64,000 nucleotides of DNA from Thermoproteota archaeon (GCA_030550585.1 JAUQPB010000001.1:64001-128000), one strand, 5' to 3'. Positions 9,857-20,254 are shown, counted from the first letter of the stretch. Numbers and translations: made by a program. The notes: generated from the sequence alone by a model not told the origin.

Positions 9857-10771
9857 TCAAATTTTCGAAGACATATCGACTTGCCTTTCTCTGATCCTCT
9901 GCCTTCTAGCGACTAGAATGACTATTGCTATCAGAAGAGCTGCTGAAATTGCTCCAAGGGTGTAGTTTAGTGCTTTACTGAGTGCCAGTTCATTTGATAT
10001 GGCATTGCATTTTGTTTGGAGGTCGCTGTAGCTTGATTGTAGTTCGTTATATTTTTTGGATAGATTGCTATATTCTCTATTGAGATATTCGTAGTTGGAA
10101 GAGAGTTTGGTGTAATTCGATTGAAGATTTGTGTACCCGCTCGCAAGCTTGTTGTACTTATCCTCTAGGGTGCTATACATTGATTTTAGATTGTTGTAAT
10201 CAGAGATTAGGTTCCTGTACTTTGAAAGTGTTTCGTTGTATTCTAATGCCAATCTACTATAGCTTTGTTGTAGAGATTGGTAGCTCTCTAGAAGATTTGT
10301 TAGATATGCAACATTGAAGCAGCTTCTATGCGTGTAGCTCCTCTGGATGAGCAGTTCGTAGTGAGACCAGCTCAGATAGACACAGCCGTAGATTAGACTG
10401 GGGTCCACGTCCGATGGTATTGAAATGCTGTACGTCTCATCTCTCACAACACCGGAAGATAGATCGATACCCTGCAGGTGGTACCAGCCATAGCTCCACG
10501 AGCCATATCCATAGTTTCTAGAGCCTCTCAATTCCAGATAGACTGTAACACTATATAGATTCTCGAGAGCCTCCACCCTAACCCTAACAACAATATTTCC
10601 ACCAGCCCTCGCCTGATAGGGTGCATAAACTTGTATACGCAGACCCTCATATTCATAGCTGTACACAAGCCTAGACTCAGACAAAACATCTGGCACTACA
10701 GCAAATACCGATACAAACAATGTTAGCAGTATCGCCAAAGCCGATGAAAACGGTCCTCTCATGAAAAACAC
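9857..10771 (-). CDS. Secreted, C-terminally anchored coiled-coil surface protein
   Basis: Signal peptide, beta-rich domain, about 13 YxxLxxx heptads, TM helix and basic tail. Confidence 0.75.
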   Translation of the reverse strand: MFFMRGPFSSALAILLTLFVSVFAVVPDVLSESRLVYSYEYEGLRIQVYAPYQARAGGNIVVRVRVEALENLYSVTVYLELRGSRNYGYGSWSYGWYHLQGIDLSSGVVRDETYSISIPSDVDPSLIYGCVYLSWSHYELLIQRSYTHRSCFNVAYLTNLLESYQSLQQSYSRLALEYNETLSKYRNLISDYNNLKSMYSTLEDKYNKLASGYTNLQSNYTKLSSNYEYLNREYSNLSKKYNELQSSYSDLQTKCNAISNELALSKALNYTLGAISAALLIAIVILVARRQRIRERQVDMSSKI

Positions 10772-11293
10772 CTAATGTAGCGTATTAGACCCAAACTTAA
10801 AAACATTAATCAAATCAACTCGACCAGCTAACACCCCCAACTTCCTCAAAGCCAAATTTTAAATCTTATAGGCTTTTTGATCCTAGAAAATAGAACTCCA
10901 GACATTTCATCTCTTTCCATTATCTGCTACTAAACCCTTAAAAACTTTCATCTGCTCATCGCATAATCTATGGAAGTCTTTGGCGGAGACAAGCTCCCGT
11001 AGGTGTTGAATTAAATTATCACAGCCTTAACCCGCACCAGATTACAAGATTCAGATATTGATTGATCGAGATGCGTGGATGTAGTTGTTAGGAACGAAGC
11101 TTGGAGAATGTGCCGAGTGCTTTCAAAGCATTTGCGAATTAAATGACTTTTGTGGTTTGATAGAGAAAGATCTTGTTCAAAGTCTTGTTCTCTACATCAT
11201 GGAGAAGGGCAGAAATATAGGAGTTGGTAGCAGAAGGTCTGTGTTGCTGTATAACTATGTGCATAGATGCTGTAGACTCTTTAATGAGACTCT

Positions 11294-11714
11294 CTACTTT
11301 GCAGAGATTATCTTCTTTGTTTCTATCACAATCTTCTCTATGTATGGTAGCCTTGCTCTAACGTCTTCGGTGTCGAGTTTTGCTTCGTGGAAGCCTATAC
11401 GTGAAGCGCCCATGCATGGTTCCAGGAGCTCAGTATCCACTCCCCGATTTTCTGAGCAGCCCTTAGAACAGCCTTCTCCAGCTCTGTCACAGTCCATCTA
11501 CCCCTCTCCTCAGCTTCTGCAACTATTTCCTCAAGGTTTAGATATAGGGCTAGGGCCTTTACACACTCCTCAGCAGCCTTGTAGAGCTTCTCACCCGCTT
11601 GAACAGGATCTCCATCAATTAAATTCCTACCCTCTTCAAGATGCTTTTCCGCCAGCGTAATATGCGCCACAACCTGAGAACATTCAAAAGCCCTTTTGGA
11701 TCCGTAACCACCAT
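11294..11714 (-). pseudogene. PaREP1-family protein, frameshifted
   Basis: GDPVQAGEKLYKAAEECVKALA and W..AW.LHV continue as GFHEAKL in another frame (CAC GTA TAG GC TTC at about 11395). The RBS-preceded ATG at 11714 is also out of frame with the main ORF. Confidence 0.85.
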
Positions 11715-11786
11715 CTACAACACCTCAAAAACTTCCGCAATTTAGCCTTTAAATTTTAGAGACTTTATGTTAAATGATCATAAAAC

Positions 11787-11814
11787 GCCTTGCTTCGAAG
11801 GACGAGGCTTTCAG
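11787..11814. mobile_element. Possible degenerate IS200/IS605-type end hairpin
   Basis: GC-rich hairpin GCCTTG-CTTCGAAGGA-CGAGGC followed by TTTCAG in AT-rich DNA. Resemblance only, no transposase nearby. Confidence 0.25.
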
Positions 11815-12053
11815 TTGCAAGAGTATGTCCTATGATTGATGAAGTTCATTGAATTCAATGGAATAGATGCAAAGAGCAAACAGTAAAAAGCTATATTAAA
11901 AAGAAAAGCTGTATGTAGCACTGCATTGATGAGCCCATAGCTGAAGCAGATCATCGAATATTTGTGTATAACTTTATTGACTTCCGCGATTGAAGTATTC
12001 TGAGGTTGGCTGATAGTGTTTTGGAGAAGCCTTGATCTTGTATCGTATTTTTG

Positions 12054-12449
12054 CTACTGCTCGGAGATTTCGATCCATGTTTTTCCCCTTCTAACATATC
12101 TTCTCCTCACATCTTCATAGATTTTCATTACCATTGTGTAAAACTCTTTGTCTGCGTATAGGACAGCACCTTCATCTAGTATTTCGAGTAGAAATGTGCT
12201 GCCAGCTCTAATTTTCTTGAGGAACACCTCTGTGTTGAAGCCTATGGGGTTGACGCTAGGATACCTAGCGTCTCGCAACATTGAGAACGCTTCTCTAGGG
12301 TCTTTCGGGAGGTCATCCGCAACAACCAAAATATCAATATCGCTTTCATCTGTGTAGTCCCCCCTCGCCCTAGAGCCAAAGAGTATAACAAGTTTTAGCA
12401 AAAACCTATTTCTATAGCTTTCAACCAGGCTCTTCAAATCATCTAACAA
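12054..12449 (-). CDS. Minimal nucleotidyltransferase (MNT)
   Basis: ILFGSRARGDYTDESDIDILVV, overlapping the HEPN gene. Confidence 0.92.
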   Translation of the reverse strand: MLDDLKSLVESYRNRFLLKLVILFGSRARGDYTDESDIDILVVADDLPKDPREAFSMLRDARYPSVNPIGFNTEVFLKKIRAGSTFLLEILDEGAVLYADKEFYTMVMKIYEDVRRRYVRRGKTWIEISEQ

Positions 12450-12822
12450 TGCTTTTCACCCACTCTACAATCCTCTTAGCACATTCCAAACATCTATCGG
12501 CATCTTCTCTAGAGTAGTAGTCTAGAGGAGCACCCTCATCATATACATCCGGGTATCTAGTGGGGATATAGTGTTTATCCAACTCCAAAATGCATCTCCT
12601 CACATCCTCTGGCACCTCAACAGAAACCTCAGAAACTAGGTAGAGGAGCGAGTGGCCTCTCCTCTCCCTATGAAAATAGTTTAGAAGAGCCTTAACAGCC
12701 TTCTCAGCAGCCTGGTGAGACTCGAAACATGCCTCCTCATATAAACCCTCACTGTAGTTAATATGCGCAGAACTCAAATTTCTCTCAGATTGTCTTAGCC
12801 AGTCCCTATATCTAGAAACCAA
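12439..12822 (-). CDS. HEPN-domain protein of a HEPN/MNT pair
   Basis: ACFESHQAAEKAVKA, GHSL and LDKHYIPTRYPD motifs. Confidence 0.92.
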   Translation of the reverse strand: MVSRYRDWLRQSERNLSSAHINYSEGLYEEACFESHQAAEKAVKALLNYFHRERRGHSLLYLVSEVSVEVPEDVRRCILELDKHYIPTRYPDVYDEGAPLDYYSREDADRCLECAKRIVEWVKSIVR

Positions 12823-13455
12823 TGACCATCACCACAAAAGCTTTCAAAAACATTAAAACCCCGCTATAGCTTCTCACCCCAAATAGCAAACATTTGTATT
12901 CTCTACCTTCATTTTATATTCTCCCTAGTCCTTACCACGATTCAGCCAAGGATTTTGAAAAACTAAGATTACACACTATATTCATTGACTTAAAGGCTTA
13001 TAAAACCTTATAACCTTGAATAAGCTAGAACAGCCATAAAACATATCCACTATTCCAGCCCCTCACACTATTACTAGGCATCAACACTACACATCAATAT
13101 TTTAGACATTCTCTGTAATTTGTCAGTAATGTTTTACAGATACACTAAAATCAATGAGATTTAACATCTTTCTAATGGCAATGCCTTAGAGAAAAGCTAT
13201 GTAAAAAGAATGAGGTGAGATAATTTGGGGGAGAGTATAAAGATTTTGTGAAGGTGCTTGGATGTAGGGGTGGGGAGATAAATTTGTAACATGTTTTATG
13301 CTGAAGGAGGTTGTGTATTGGCAGCTCTCTCAGAAGTTGCTGTCTCTAGCTAAAGTCTATTTATAGAGAAGGCTATACTCAACTGAAGTTTGAATTTTTA
13401 ATTTACGTAGGGGAGATGATTAAGGTTTAAACAATTTAGCTTATATTATGCCACG

Positions 13456-14079
13456 TTAATTATTTTGGCGCTGTTTTCTCTTCAGAAGCGTTATAATTGT
13501 GATTGCTATGATTGTTGCTGTTAGAGAGAATATGCCTGCGAGTAAAGCTGTTGCTAGATATGATTCACTGAAATCTCTTGCCAGACCCCCTATTAGTGAT
13601 CCAGTAATAGATGCCAGCATTACAGCTGATGTTTGTATGCCAAGCAACCTCCCCATGTTCTCTCTACCAAAAAGTGTTGGTATGAGAAGCATGTGGACGA
13701 CAGGCTCCCCTCCAAATGCTAGAAATCTAAGCCACAACATTGTGATGACTGGGTACACGCCATATCCAGTAAGGCTTAGAGCTAGGAAAACTGTAGCTGT
13801 CTCTAGAGAATATAGAAGGGGGAGTGCTGTAAAAATACCCAATCACATAGTAGCAAACCCCCATGCAAAGGCCCCCAAACTCTGTAAAATACCAGATATG
13901 CTCATGACAAGTGGTACATAAACTTCATTTGCCACCTCTACATCTACACCAGAAGCAATACAAAAATCTGCTATTATAGGGGCTAGGAACTGCATAAGCA
14001 TGGTCGAGGAGGTGGCTATGAGGAATATAGGTATAAGCGTCATTATAAAAGATCCTTTTGCTACTGTTCTAGCTTTCAT
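13456..14079 (-). pseudogene. MFS transporter, C-terminal remnant
   Basis: Two abutting in-frame ORFs separated by TGA (13843-13845). MFS C-terminal motifs LFGRENMGRLLG and GSLIGGLARDFSESY. The N-terminal half is absent. Confidence 0.75.
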
Positions 14080-14654
14080 GAGAGTTCATGTTGGTTGATA
14101 TCAATTTTGCTTAGTCACCTTGGTGTCACTAGATATGTAGATACTGTGTGCCTGTTTAGCCCTCTTGTTTTCATAACTCTCTTGCACTCGTCTGAATTAG
14201 ATGCACCCTTTAGATTTACAAGCACCACACGTAGTCCTTCTTCAAGCTCTTTAGCACTCTGTGTGGCACAAGTTGTCTCTTAGCGAATTTGCTTATCCTC
14301 CTGATTAACCGTAGGATCCTTAGCGAATTTGAAGAGATTCCCAAATAATGCATGAGTTGCCACAAGCTTTCTCAATACTAATTATATGGGATGGTTGTAG
14401 CACAATCATGATGGCCTTCAGTCTATAAAGTAGGACTCCTATGAAGTAGGACTGTTATTCATGATAAAACATTTTAAAATACTTCAGGCTATATGATTTA
14501 AGCACAATCGCAAATGTACTTTACATATACCCAGCCTACTTGCATATCGCAGTATTCTACCCCCTTCCTCCGCATGTAAAGTAGGGACATGCAATACCAC
14601 AAGCTGCTAGAATGCCGAATATTGCTATTACTATTATAATAAGCACTACAATTA

Positions 14655-14921
14655 CTACGGGATATATAGCTTTCTTGAGGTTCTACGGGCAATACCATAT
14701 GTAATCGTAGATGCGATTGCAACACTTATTATGATGAGAAGTGGTGTGGCCTCAAATATTGTTGCATTGCCAGATTTCTCCACATTGACAAGCAGGCTTG
14801 GAGTACTGTGTGTTGCAATGGAGTACAGTGCAATGCCTATAAGAAATATTGTATTAATCAGTAACGTTAATACTATGACTAGTACTGCTAAGGCAATGTA
14901 TCGCACAACACTGTGGTTCAT
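14655..14921 (-). CDS. Small two-TM hypothetical membrane protein
   Basis: 88 aa, two hydrophobic segments, basic C-terminus, GGGGG RBS-like run upstream. Confidence 0.55.
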   Translation of the reverse strand: MNHSVVRYIALAVLVIVLTLLINTIFLIGIALYSIATHSTPSLLVNVEKSGNATIFEATPLLIIISVAIASTITYGIARRTSRKLYIP

Positions 14922-15341
14922 AGTTTCTAACCCCCTATTACATAGTATGGGTTGGGACGGTTTTCAACTTTTATCACCATGATAAATTTTAGAGTAATAC
15001 AATAGAAGTTATGCTTAGAACATGCACACTAGTTCATTAAAAGCACGAACTTATGTATGATATTGTCTAAAAGATGAAATGGGCAAGCAAAGAAAAGATA
15101 GTTTCTGAAGATATCTTGTTGATTTATTCAGAAGTGGGTGTGAATATGACACCAAAACTCTTAGATGACTCACCACGTAATTGTTTTACACTTAGCTTTA
15201 AACATGATGTTGTAGGAATGCATAACAGAATATAATTATTCTTACATTGGTTAATATCTTTTTGCAATGTGGATAAAAAGGGAAATAAAGGAGGTGCTAA
15301 TGGAGATACAACACATAAGATTACTTTGTTTCACATGTCTT

Positions 15342-16016
15342 TTAGGCAGTGGATCGGGTTATTGTCTGCTTTGTTGCTCTATAGCGCAACTCATCTGTAT
15401 GAAGTACGCTTGTGTTTGGAATTTCTTTGTGGAATAGCTCTATAAGGCGATTTTCTCTACTTGTTATAATTACTGCGCTATAGTTTTTGATATTCTTCAC
15501 AATGTCTGCAAGAAGTGGGAGGCCCTCGTCATCTAGCCCCACAGTGGGATCGTCTATTGCTATAAACCGCACCTTCTTCTTTACCACAATTGCTGTAGAT
15601 AGCTGTAGACGCCTCCTCTGGCCTTGGCTAAGCTTGGCTATAAGCACCTTTCTTGGTATATCAACAATAGCCAGAGCCTCTTCCACAGATTCGCTATCAG
15701 CCTTGTAGAGCAGTGCTATAGTCTTGACATAATCTTCAGCTGTTATACTTACTGGTAGTGTTGTGGTCTCTGGAACTAGGTAAATAAAGCTTGCTGTTCT
15801 ACTAGGTTCACCTCCACAGCAGATTATTCGCCCCTGCAAGGGCTTTCGAAGCCCAGTAAGCGTCTTGAGAAGAGTTGTCTTACCAGATCCGTTGGGTCCA
15901 AATACTATGAGCACATCACCTAGCCGCAACCTAAGGTTGAGGGGGCCAAGGAGCGGATTACCTGGATATCCTACTACAAGTCCCTGAGTCTCAAGCACAT
16001 AGCCATCTTTCACCAT
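15342..16016 (-). CDS. ABC transporter ATP-binding protein (exporter type)
   Basis: GPNGSGKTT, LSQGQRRR, IDDPTVGLD. The H-loop reads ITSR. Confidence 0.88.
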   Translation of the reverse strand: MVKDGYVLETQGLVVGYPGNPLLGPLNLRLRLGDVLIVFGPNGSGKTTLLKTLTGLRKPLQGRIICCGGEPSRTASFIYLVPETTTLPVSITAEDYVKTIALLYKADSESVEEALAIVDIPRKVLIAKLSQGQRRRLQLSTAIVVKKKVRFIAIDDPTVGLDDEGLPLLADIVKNIKNYSAVIITSRENRLIELFHKEIPNTSVLHTDELRYRATKQTITRSTA

Positions 16017-16483
16017 ATCTTTCCCCTCATGTCAATAGATTGATTAAATGCCCCTATAAAATCTGCTAGAGATAATACAACCATGACAAGGTAGAGCATA
16101 ATATAGATTGTATTTCTTGATATGAATATTACAGGGAATGCTAAGATCGAGGGTATTATGAGGCTCCAGACTGCGGAGCACAACAGCAATGATGTATCTG
16201 TACAATCAACCTCTACTACAATCCTCATACCCTGCCAGTACACAGCAACTTCCTTGTTCTTAAGAGGTACCAGATGACCAACTTCGTGTAGAAATAGTAA
16301 TATGAAACCAAAGCTAACATATAGCATGGCATCAATGGCTTTCCATACTGTACAATACCTCAATACTGTGAGACATGGTAGCACAACTATAATTACGGCA
16401 ATCACATAGAGAAGTAGCAGTCTCGGGTCTACGCGCCTTATAAGAAGGAGAAGGTTAGAAATAATTGACTTCATCATCACCAC
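16010..16483 (-). CDS. Small membrane protein with HExxH motif (possible M50-like zinc peptidase)
   Basis: LFLHEVGHL at the end of a TM helix, about 4 TM, distal Asp (SLADF). Overlaps both neighbours. Confidence 0.55.
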   Translation of the reverse strand: MVMMKSIISNLLLLIRRVDPRLLLLYVIAVIIVVLPCLTVLRYCTVWKAIDAMLYVSFGFILLFLHEVGHLVPLKNKEVAVYWQGMRIVVEVDCTDTSLLLCSAVWSLIIPSILAFPVIFISRNTIYIMLYLVMVVLSLADFIGAFNQSIDMRGKIW

Positions 16484-17706
16484 CTCTTTGCATGGAACGT
16501 ATATAGCTGAGGAATGAGGCCTTTGGCTATGGCTATGAGGTAAACCGCAAGGACTGGGGCTAGAGAGGCTATGGCTAAGGTCGTGAGAGATAGGTTGTAG
16601 CGTATAACAAGCTGTTCATACACAAACATCAGTGCTATGTAGATGAGTATGAGCCTCGAATAAGTGTCTTTGTTCTCTGGGTCGACAAGACTAATAATTG
16701 CTGCTTTTACCGAGGCCGCGATAACTGCTTCAAGGTTTGAGAGAGATCCGATACCAGCTATAACAAAGGATGCAAATGCAGCTATGAGAACTGCTGTGCC
16801 ATAGAGCATCGACACCACTATGTTTATTGCAACAATCAATGCTCCGTAAAGTCCACGAATATAGGGTGCAAAATGCGCTTCAATGAAGCGTGTGGCTGCA
16901 AAAGGCAGGGACTCTAGAAGCCTCAATAATAATTGAAGGGCTGACCACAGCGAGGCAATAGCGTAGATCTCAAAATGCTTTGCCGGATCTAAGGGGCCGA
17001 CAATGGCAACAGAAGTAGATAATGGGCTGGCGAAGAGCCGGATCTGGTCTTTGGGAATAATATATGCAAGGACTAGCGACGAAAGGAGAACCGGCCCTAT
17101 AAGAAGGGCTACGAAAACCGGGTGCTGGATAGCTATAGGCACTTTGCCTATTGTTAACAGCTTAACCTTTGGTATTCTTGCAAGCGCATAGACTATTTCT
17201 CCCCCAATCGAAAGTATTATGAAGGCTGTGGCTGTGTATGCATCAAATGCATAGACAACTAGACCTGCTATCACGCCGTAGAGTGGGCGAACAAGAAGAG
17301 TTAGATAGGCTATCGAAAAGAAGAATAAGACTATCACAGCTTTTGCAGGTTCTAGCACCCCTATGTAAACTGCTACAGCAGCTGGAACTAGAAACACCAA
17401 TGTATTCAGCAATACAGAGGGTATCAGAAGCTTCCTAGCCACCAGAAGATGCTCAACTCCAAGAACATGAAGTGGATTAGCAGACAGTGCCAACATCACA
17501 GCTAAAAGAGTGTAGTAGAGGAGAAATAGTATGTGGATACAATCCCCTAGTACTGCCATAGGAAGTAAAAGTAGGAAGCTGCTGAATCGAAGTAGCAAAA
17601 AGGTGAAAAAGATTGTTAAGGCTACAATCATAAGCCAGCTTGGCCTCTTAATGTACGCCTTGAGCAATACTTTCATAAGAGATATCTGGTGGATCTGGTG
17701 GTGCAT
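16477..17706 (-). CDS. Polytopic membrane protein, putative ABC permease
   Basis: 409 aa, roughly 12 hydrophobic segments, heads the three-gene overlapping operon. Confidence 0.65.
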   Translation of the reverse strand: MHHQIHQISLMKVLLKAYIKRPSWLMIVALTIFFTFLLLRFSSFLLLLPMAVLGDCIHILFLLYYTLLAVMLALSANPLHVLGVEHLLVARKLLIPSVLLNTLVFLVPAAVAVYIGVLEPAKAVIVLFFFSIAYLTLLVRPLYGVIAGLVVYAFDAYTATAFIILSIGGEIVYALARIPKVKLLTIGKVPIAIQHPVFVALLIGPVLLSSLVLAYIIPKDQIRLFASPLSTSVAIVGPLDPAKHFEIYAIASLWSALQLLLRLLESLPFAATRFIEAHFAPYIRGLYGALIVAINIVVSMLYGTAVLIAAFASFVIAGIGSLSNLEAVIAASVKAAIISLVDPENKDTYSRLILIYIALMFVYEQLVIRYNLSLTTLAIASLAPVLAVYLIAIAKGLIPQLYTFHAKRW

Positions 17707-17790
17707 AGCAGCGCACCAAGGAAATATTGAAAGGGGCGTGGATTAATACCTTATCTACTTACCGCCTCTATGAGTTGCTCTATGTTCTCT

Positions 17791-17940
17791 CTATTCAGCA
17801 GTAGTGTAGACAACTACAACCACCTCTTTTCCATGCAGGTGCCCCATCTTCTCGGCAACGCTCTTAGGGATGTAGATGCCTAGAGACCTCCCTCTACCAA
17901 GCTTCGAGATAGTAGCCCTAAACACATAGACCTCAGACAT
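17791..17940 (-). CDS. Tiny AbrB/MazE-like DNA-binding protein (49 aa)
   Basis: MSEVYVFRATISKLGRGRSLGIYIPKSVAEKMGHLHGKEVVVVV fits a swapped-hairpin pattern. ATG 17940 is preferred over the track start at 18156. Confidence 0.7.
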   Translation of the reverse strand: MSEVYVFRATISKLGRGRSLGIYIPKSVAEKMGHLHGKEVVVVVYTTAE

Positions 17941-18005
17941 CTTCCGTCTCCAATACAGGTAAGAGACAGAAAAACTTATAAGCTTTTCAGTTACATGTTT
18001 ATATC

Positions 18006-18170
18006 GAGAGCGACACAAGGAACTCGATGAGCAGTTGCGAGAGGGAGGAAGTCGCTCAATGAGGCTCTGTGTTCGCCCGAGGGAGGCAGGCTCCCGAAGG
18101 GCGGGCACAAAAGCCAGACAGGGGGTGATGAGGCGAGCGGAGATATCAACCATCATGAACCGCTATGAAA
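18006..18170 (+). ncRNA. GC-rich multi-stem structured element, putative ncRNA of unknown class
   Basis: GAGCGAC(18008-14)/GTCGCTC(18051-57) stem and a long hairpin at 18063-18115 with G-U pairs. TATA-like CTTATAAG at 17975-82. Confidence 0.5.
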
Positions 18171-18467
18171 CCAGAACCCCTAACCTAGTTACCTCAAACA
18201 CTTGATGCCAAAACATGTTCTCTAGAACTACATGGATATCTATTTGCTAAACAAAAGACGTTCAAATAGATGATCATTCAAGGTCCAGTGTCTAGACTAA
18301 AACCGTCACAAGAAACAAGTTTAGGATTGGTACAAAAATTGGGTATAGAATCTGAGGCAGGCTAAAACTATGTTATTAGCTGTTATTGCATTGGTGCTAG
18401 GTGTATTTAGTCCTAGACACTACGATACTACTATATATGCATAGAGAGGTGTCTACCCATCCTTTCT

Positions 18468-19886
18468 CTATAGGAGGAGTGGTATTGTAGATGCTATTAG
18501 TATCCACAGCGGTGTTGGTGCTCCAAAGGCTATTTGTGTTGTGAGCATCTTTGCTGGTCCGTAGAGGATTGTTGCATATGTTGCTATAGCTTCTCCAAGT
18601 GCTAGTGATGCTATTGGTCTCCACCTACCCAAGCCTTTTCTGGCTATGCCTGCAAGTGTTATTGGTGCTAGTGGGAGTAGGTAAGCTGATGAGGCTACAG
18701 AGAGCTCTGCTACATACCCTATCCTAGCTATGGCAAATACTGTTGCAAGAACCATTATTATGGCTATTGATGTATATGAAAATGCTTTTGATGTTGATTC
18801 CCTTGGGTTTTTAGCTACCTTCTCATAGAGTTCTCTTGTAACTGCGCTTGCAACAGACAAAACTATGGAGTCTGCCGTTGATATTGCAGCTGCTACTATG
18901 GATACATAGACAATCGATGCTAGTATTGGATGGGACAGAGATATTATGTATGGTGCAACAGCATCTCTGTTGCCCATGAACTTGCCCGCCATCCCAACAC
19001 CCTCTAGATAAGCTCTATAGGCCAGCCCCAGAACAACGCAGAGAAGTGTGTAGATGAGGCCGTAGATGGAGAAGTATCTCACCATCCTTCTATAGGCCCT
19101 CTCATCCTTAGGTATATAGATTCTCTGGACAACTTGTGGGTTTGTCAATGCGAAGAATATCCATGGGAGTGTCATACCAACAAACATCTGCGTACTCCAC
19201 GTAAATGACAGTAGGTTTTGGTTTCTAGTCAATAAGTCTACAAACCTGTTCCAGTCTATCCCAGCCGATGGCAAGAGGAATTGCAGTACCCACACAAAAA
19301 ACGCTGTAGCTCCTACAATCATCCATATCCCCTGAAAAGCATCTGTTGTTGCAACACTCCACAGACCGGCTACAACAGTCCACAAAGCTATTGCAATTGC
19401 TCCAAACAAGACGCCTATCTCATAGCTTATTCCAACAGCGTTGAAAACCTCTCCAATGCCCTTGAGCTGTGCTGATGTATATGGCACTAATGCAAATAGG
19501 TAGAGGATAGCTACTATAATGCCTAGTGCTCTAGAGCCATACAAATCTGATAGCATGTCTGTTGGGCTGACCCACCCCCTAGCCCTAGCCCCATACCACA
19601 TGTAGACACCTACAGTAGATAGTATGAGTATTGTTGCGGCGAGGTAGACAAGCTCGAAACCAAGAGATGCAACCCCAGTTGCAAATGTTAGACCTGCTAG
19701 GCCTACCATCATAAAGGCGCTGTAGGTTGTTGCAGCATATGTCATAGCGGATATGAATCCCCCTACCCTGTAGCCGCCAACGAAAAACTCTTTTGATCCT
19801 ACCCCTAGGTACCTCCTACTCAAAAAGGCTATTGCAGTGCCCAAAACAAAGAATATTACAAGCATGGCAATAAATTCTAGGATCAT
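18468..19886 (-). CDS. Sodium:solute symporter family protein
   Basis: EFFVGG, YAATTYSAF, GLWSVATTDAFQG, PQVVQR and AAAISTADS motifs. Confidence 0.93.
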   Translation of the reverse strand: MILEFIAMLVIFFVLGTAIAFLSRRYLGVGSKEFFVGGYRVGGFISAMTYAATTYSAFMMVGLAGLTFATGVASLGFELVYLAATILILSTVGVYMWYGARARGWVSPTDMLSDLYGSRALGIIVAILYLFALVPYTSAQLKGIGEVFNAVGISYEIGVLFGAIAIALWTVVAGLWSVATTDAFQGIWMIVGATAFFVWVLQFLLPSAGIDWNRFVDLLTRNQNLLSFTWSTQMFVGMTLPWIFFALTNPQVVQRIYIPKDERAYRRMVRYFSIYGLIYTLLCVVLGLAYRAYLEGVGMAGKFMGNRDAVAPYIISLSHPILASIVYVSIVAAAISTADSIVLSVASAVTRELYEKVAKNPRESTSKAFSYTSIAIIMVLATVFAIARIGYVAELSVASSAYLLPLAPITLAGIARKGLGRWRPIASLALGEAIATYATILYGPAKMLTTQIAFGAPTPLWILIASTIPLLL

Positions 19887-20080
19887 TTTCTAGCCACCCC
19901 TCTAAGCCCCTTCTCCAATAGAACAAAACCAATAACAATGCACACAGCTGTTAGTGCTGTCCAGTAGATGAAGAGCCCCATGACATTGGCTCTGTATAGA
20001 AGATTTGAGAAGGCTGGGCTCATAGGTACATAGAAAAGAGCCACTAGGGCTATGTACAGTGCTGTTAATAGCCTTCTCAT
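19883..20080 (-). CDS. Small two-TM partner of the SSS transporter
   Basis: 65 aa hydrophobic, GGTGA RBS, 4-nt overlap with the symporter start. Confidence 0.75.
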   Translation of the reverse strand: MRRLLTALYIALVALFYVPMSPAFSNLLYRANVMGLFIYWTALTAVCIVIGFVLLEKGLRGVARK

Positions 20081-20254
20081 GTTTTCACCATTAAACGTTT
20101 GTACACATACAAACAGGTTCTGGTTTAAAAGTCTTTATCTCCAATACTAGATCGCTAGCTCGGATCACAACTATGGTATAGCCACAACGTTATTGTTAAA
20201 TGAATAAAGCTTTTAAAGTATTTGATATGCAAGCGAATAGAGGTGAGAATCGCT

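Noticed and set aside
11085-11660. 191-aa plus-strand ORF
   Set aside because: Mostly antisense to PaREP1. The unique 5' part has no recognisable motif.
11926-11944. TTGATGA...CTGA as a third C/D sRNA
   Set aside because: Only 8 nt between the boxes and no matching second box pair.
15300-15437. 45-aa Cys-rich ORF behind a strong AAGGAGGTG RBS as a peptide precursor
   Set aside because: About two thirds lies antisense to the ABC gene, which probably explains the Cys content. More likely a truncated gene start.
18063-18120. Hairpin as SECIS, H/ACA or C/D RNA
   Set aside because: No selenoprotein on that strand nearby, no pseudouridylation pocket despite a trailing ACA, and no CTGA D box at canonical spacing from the C box.
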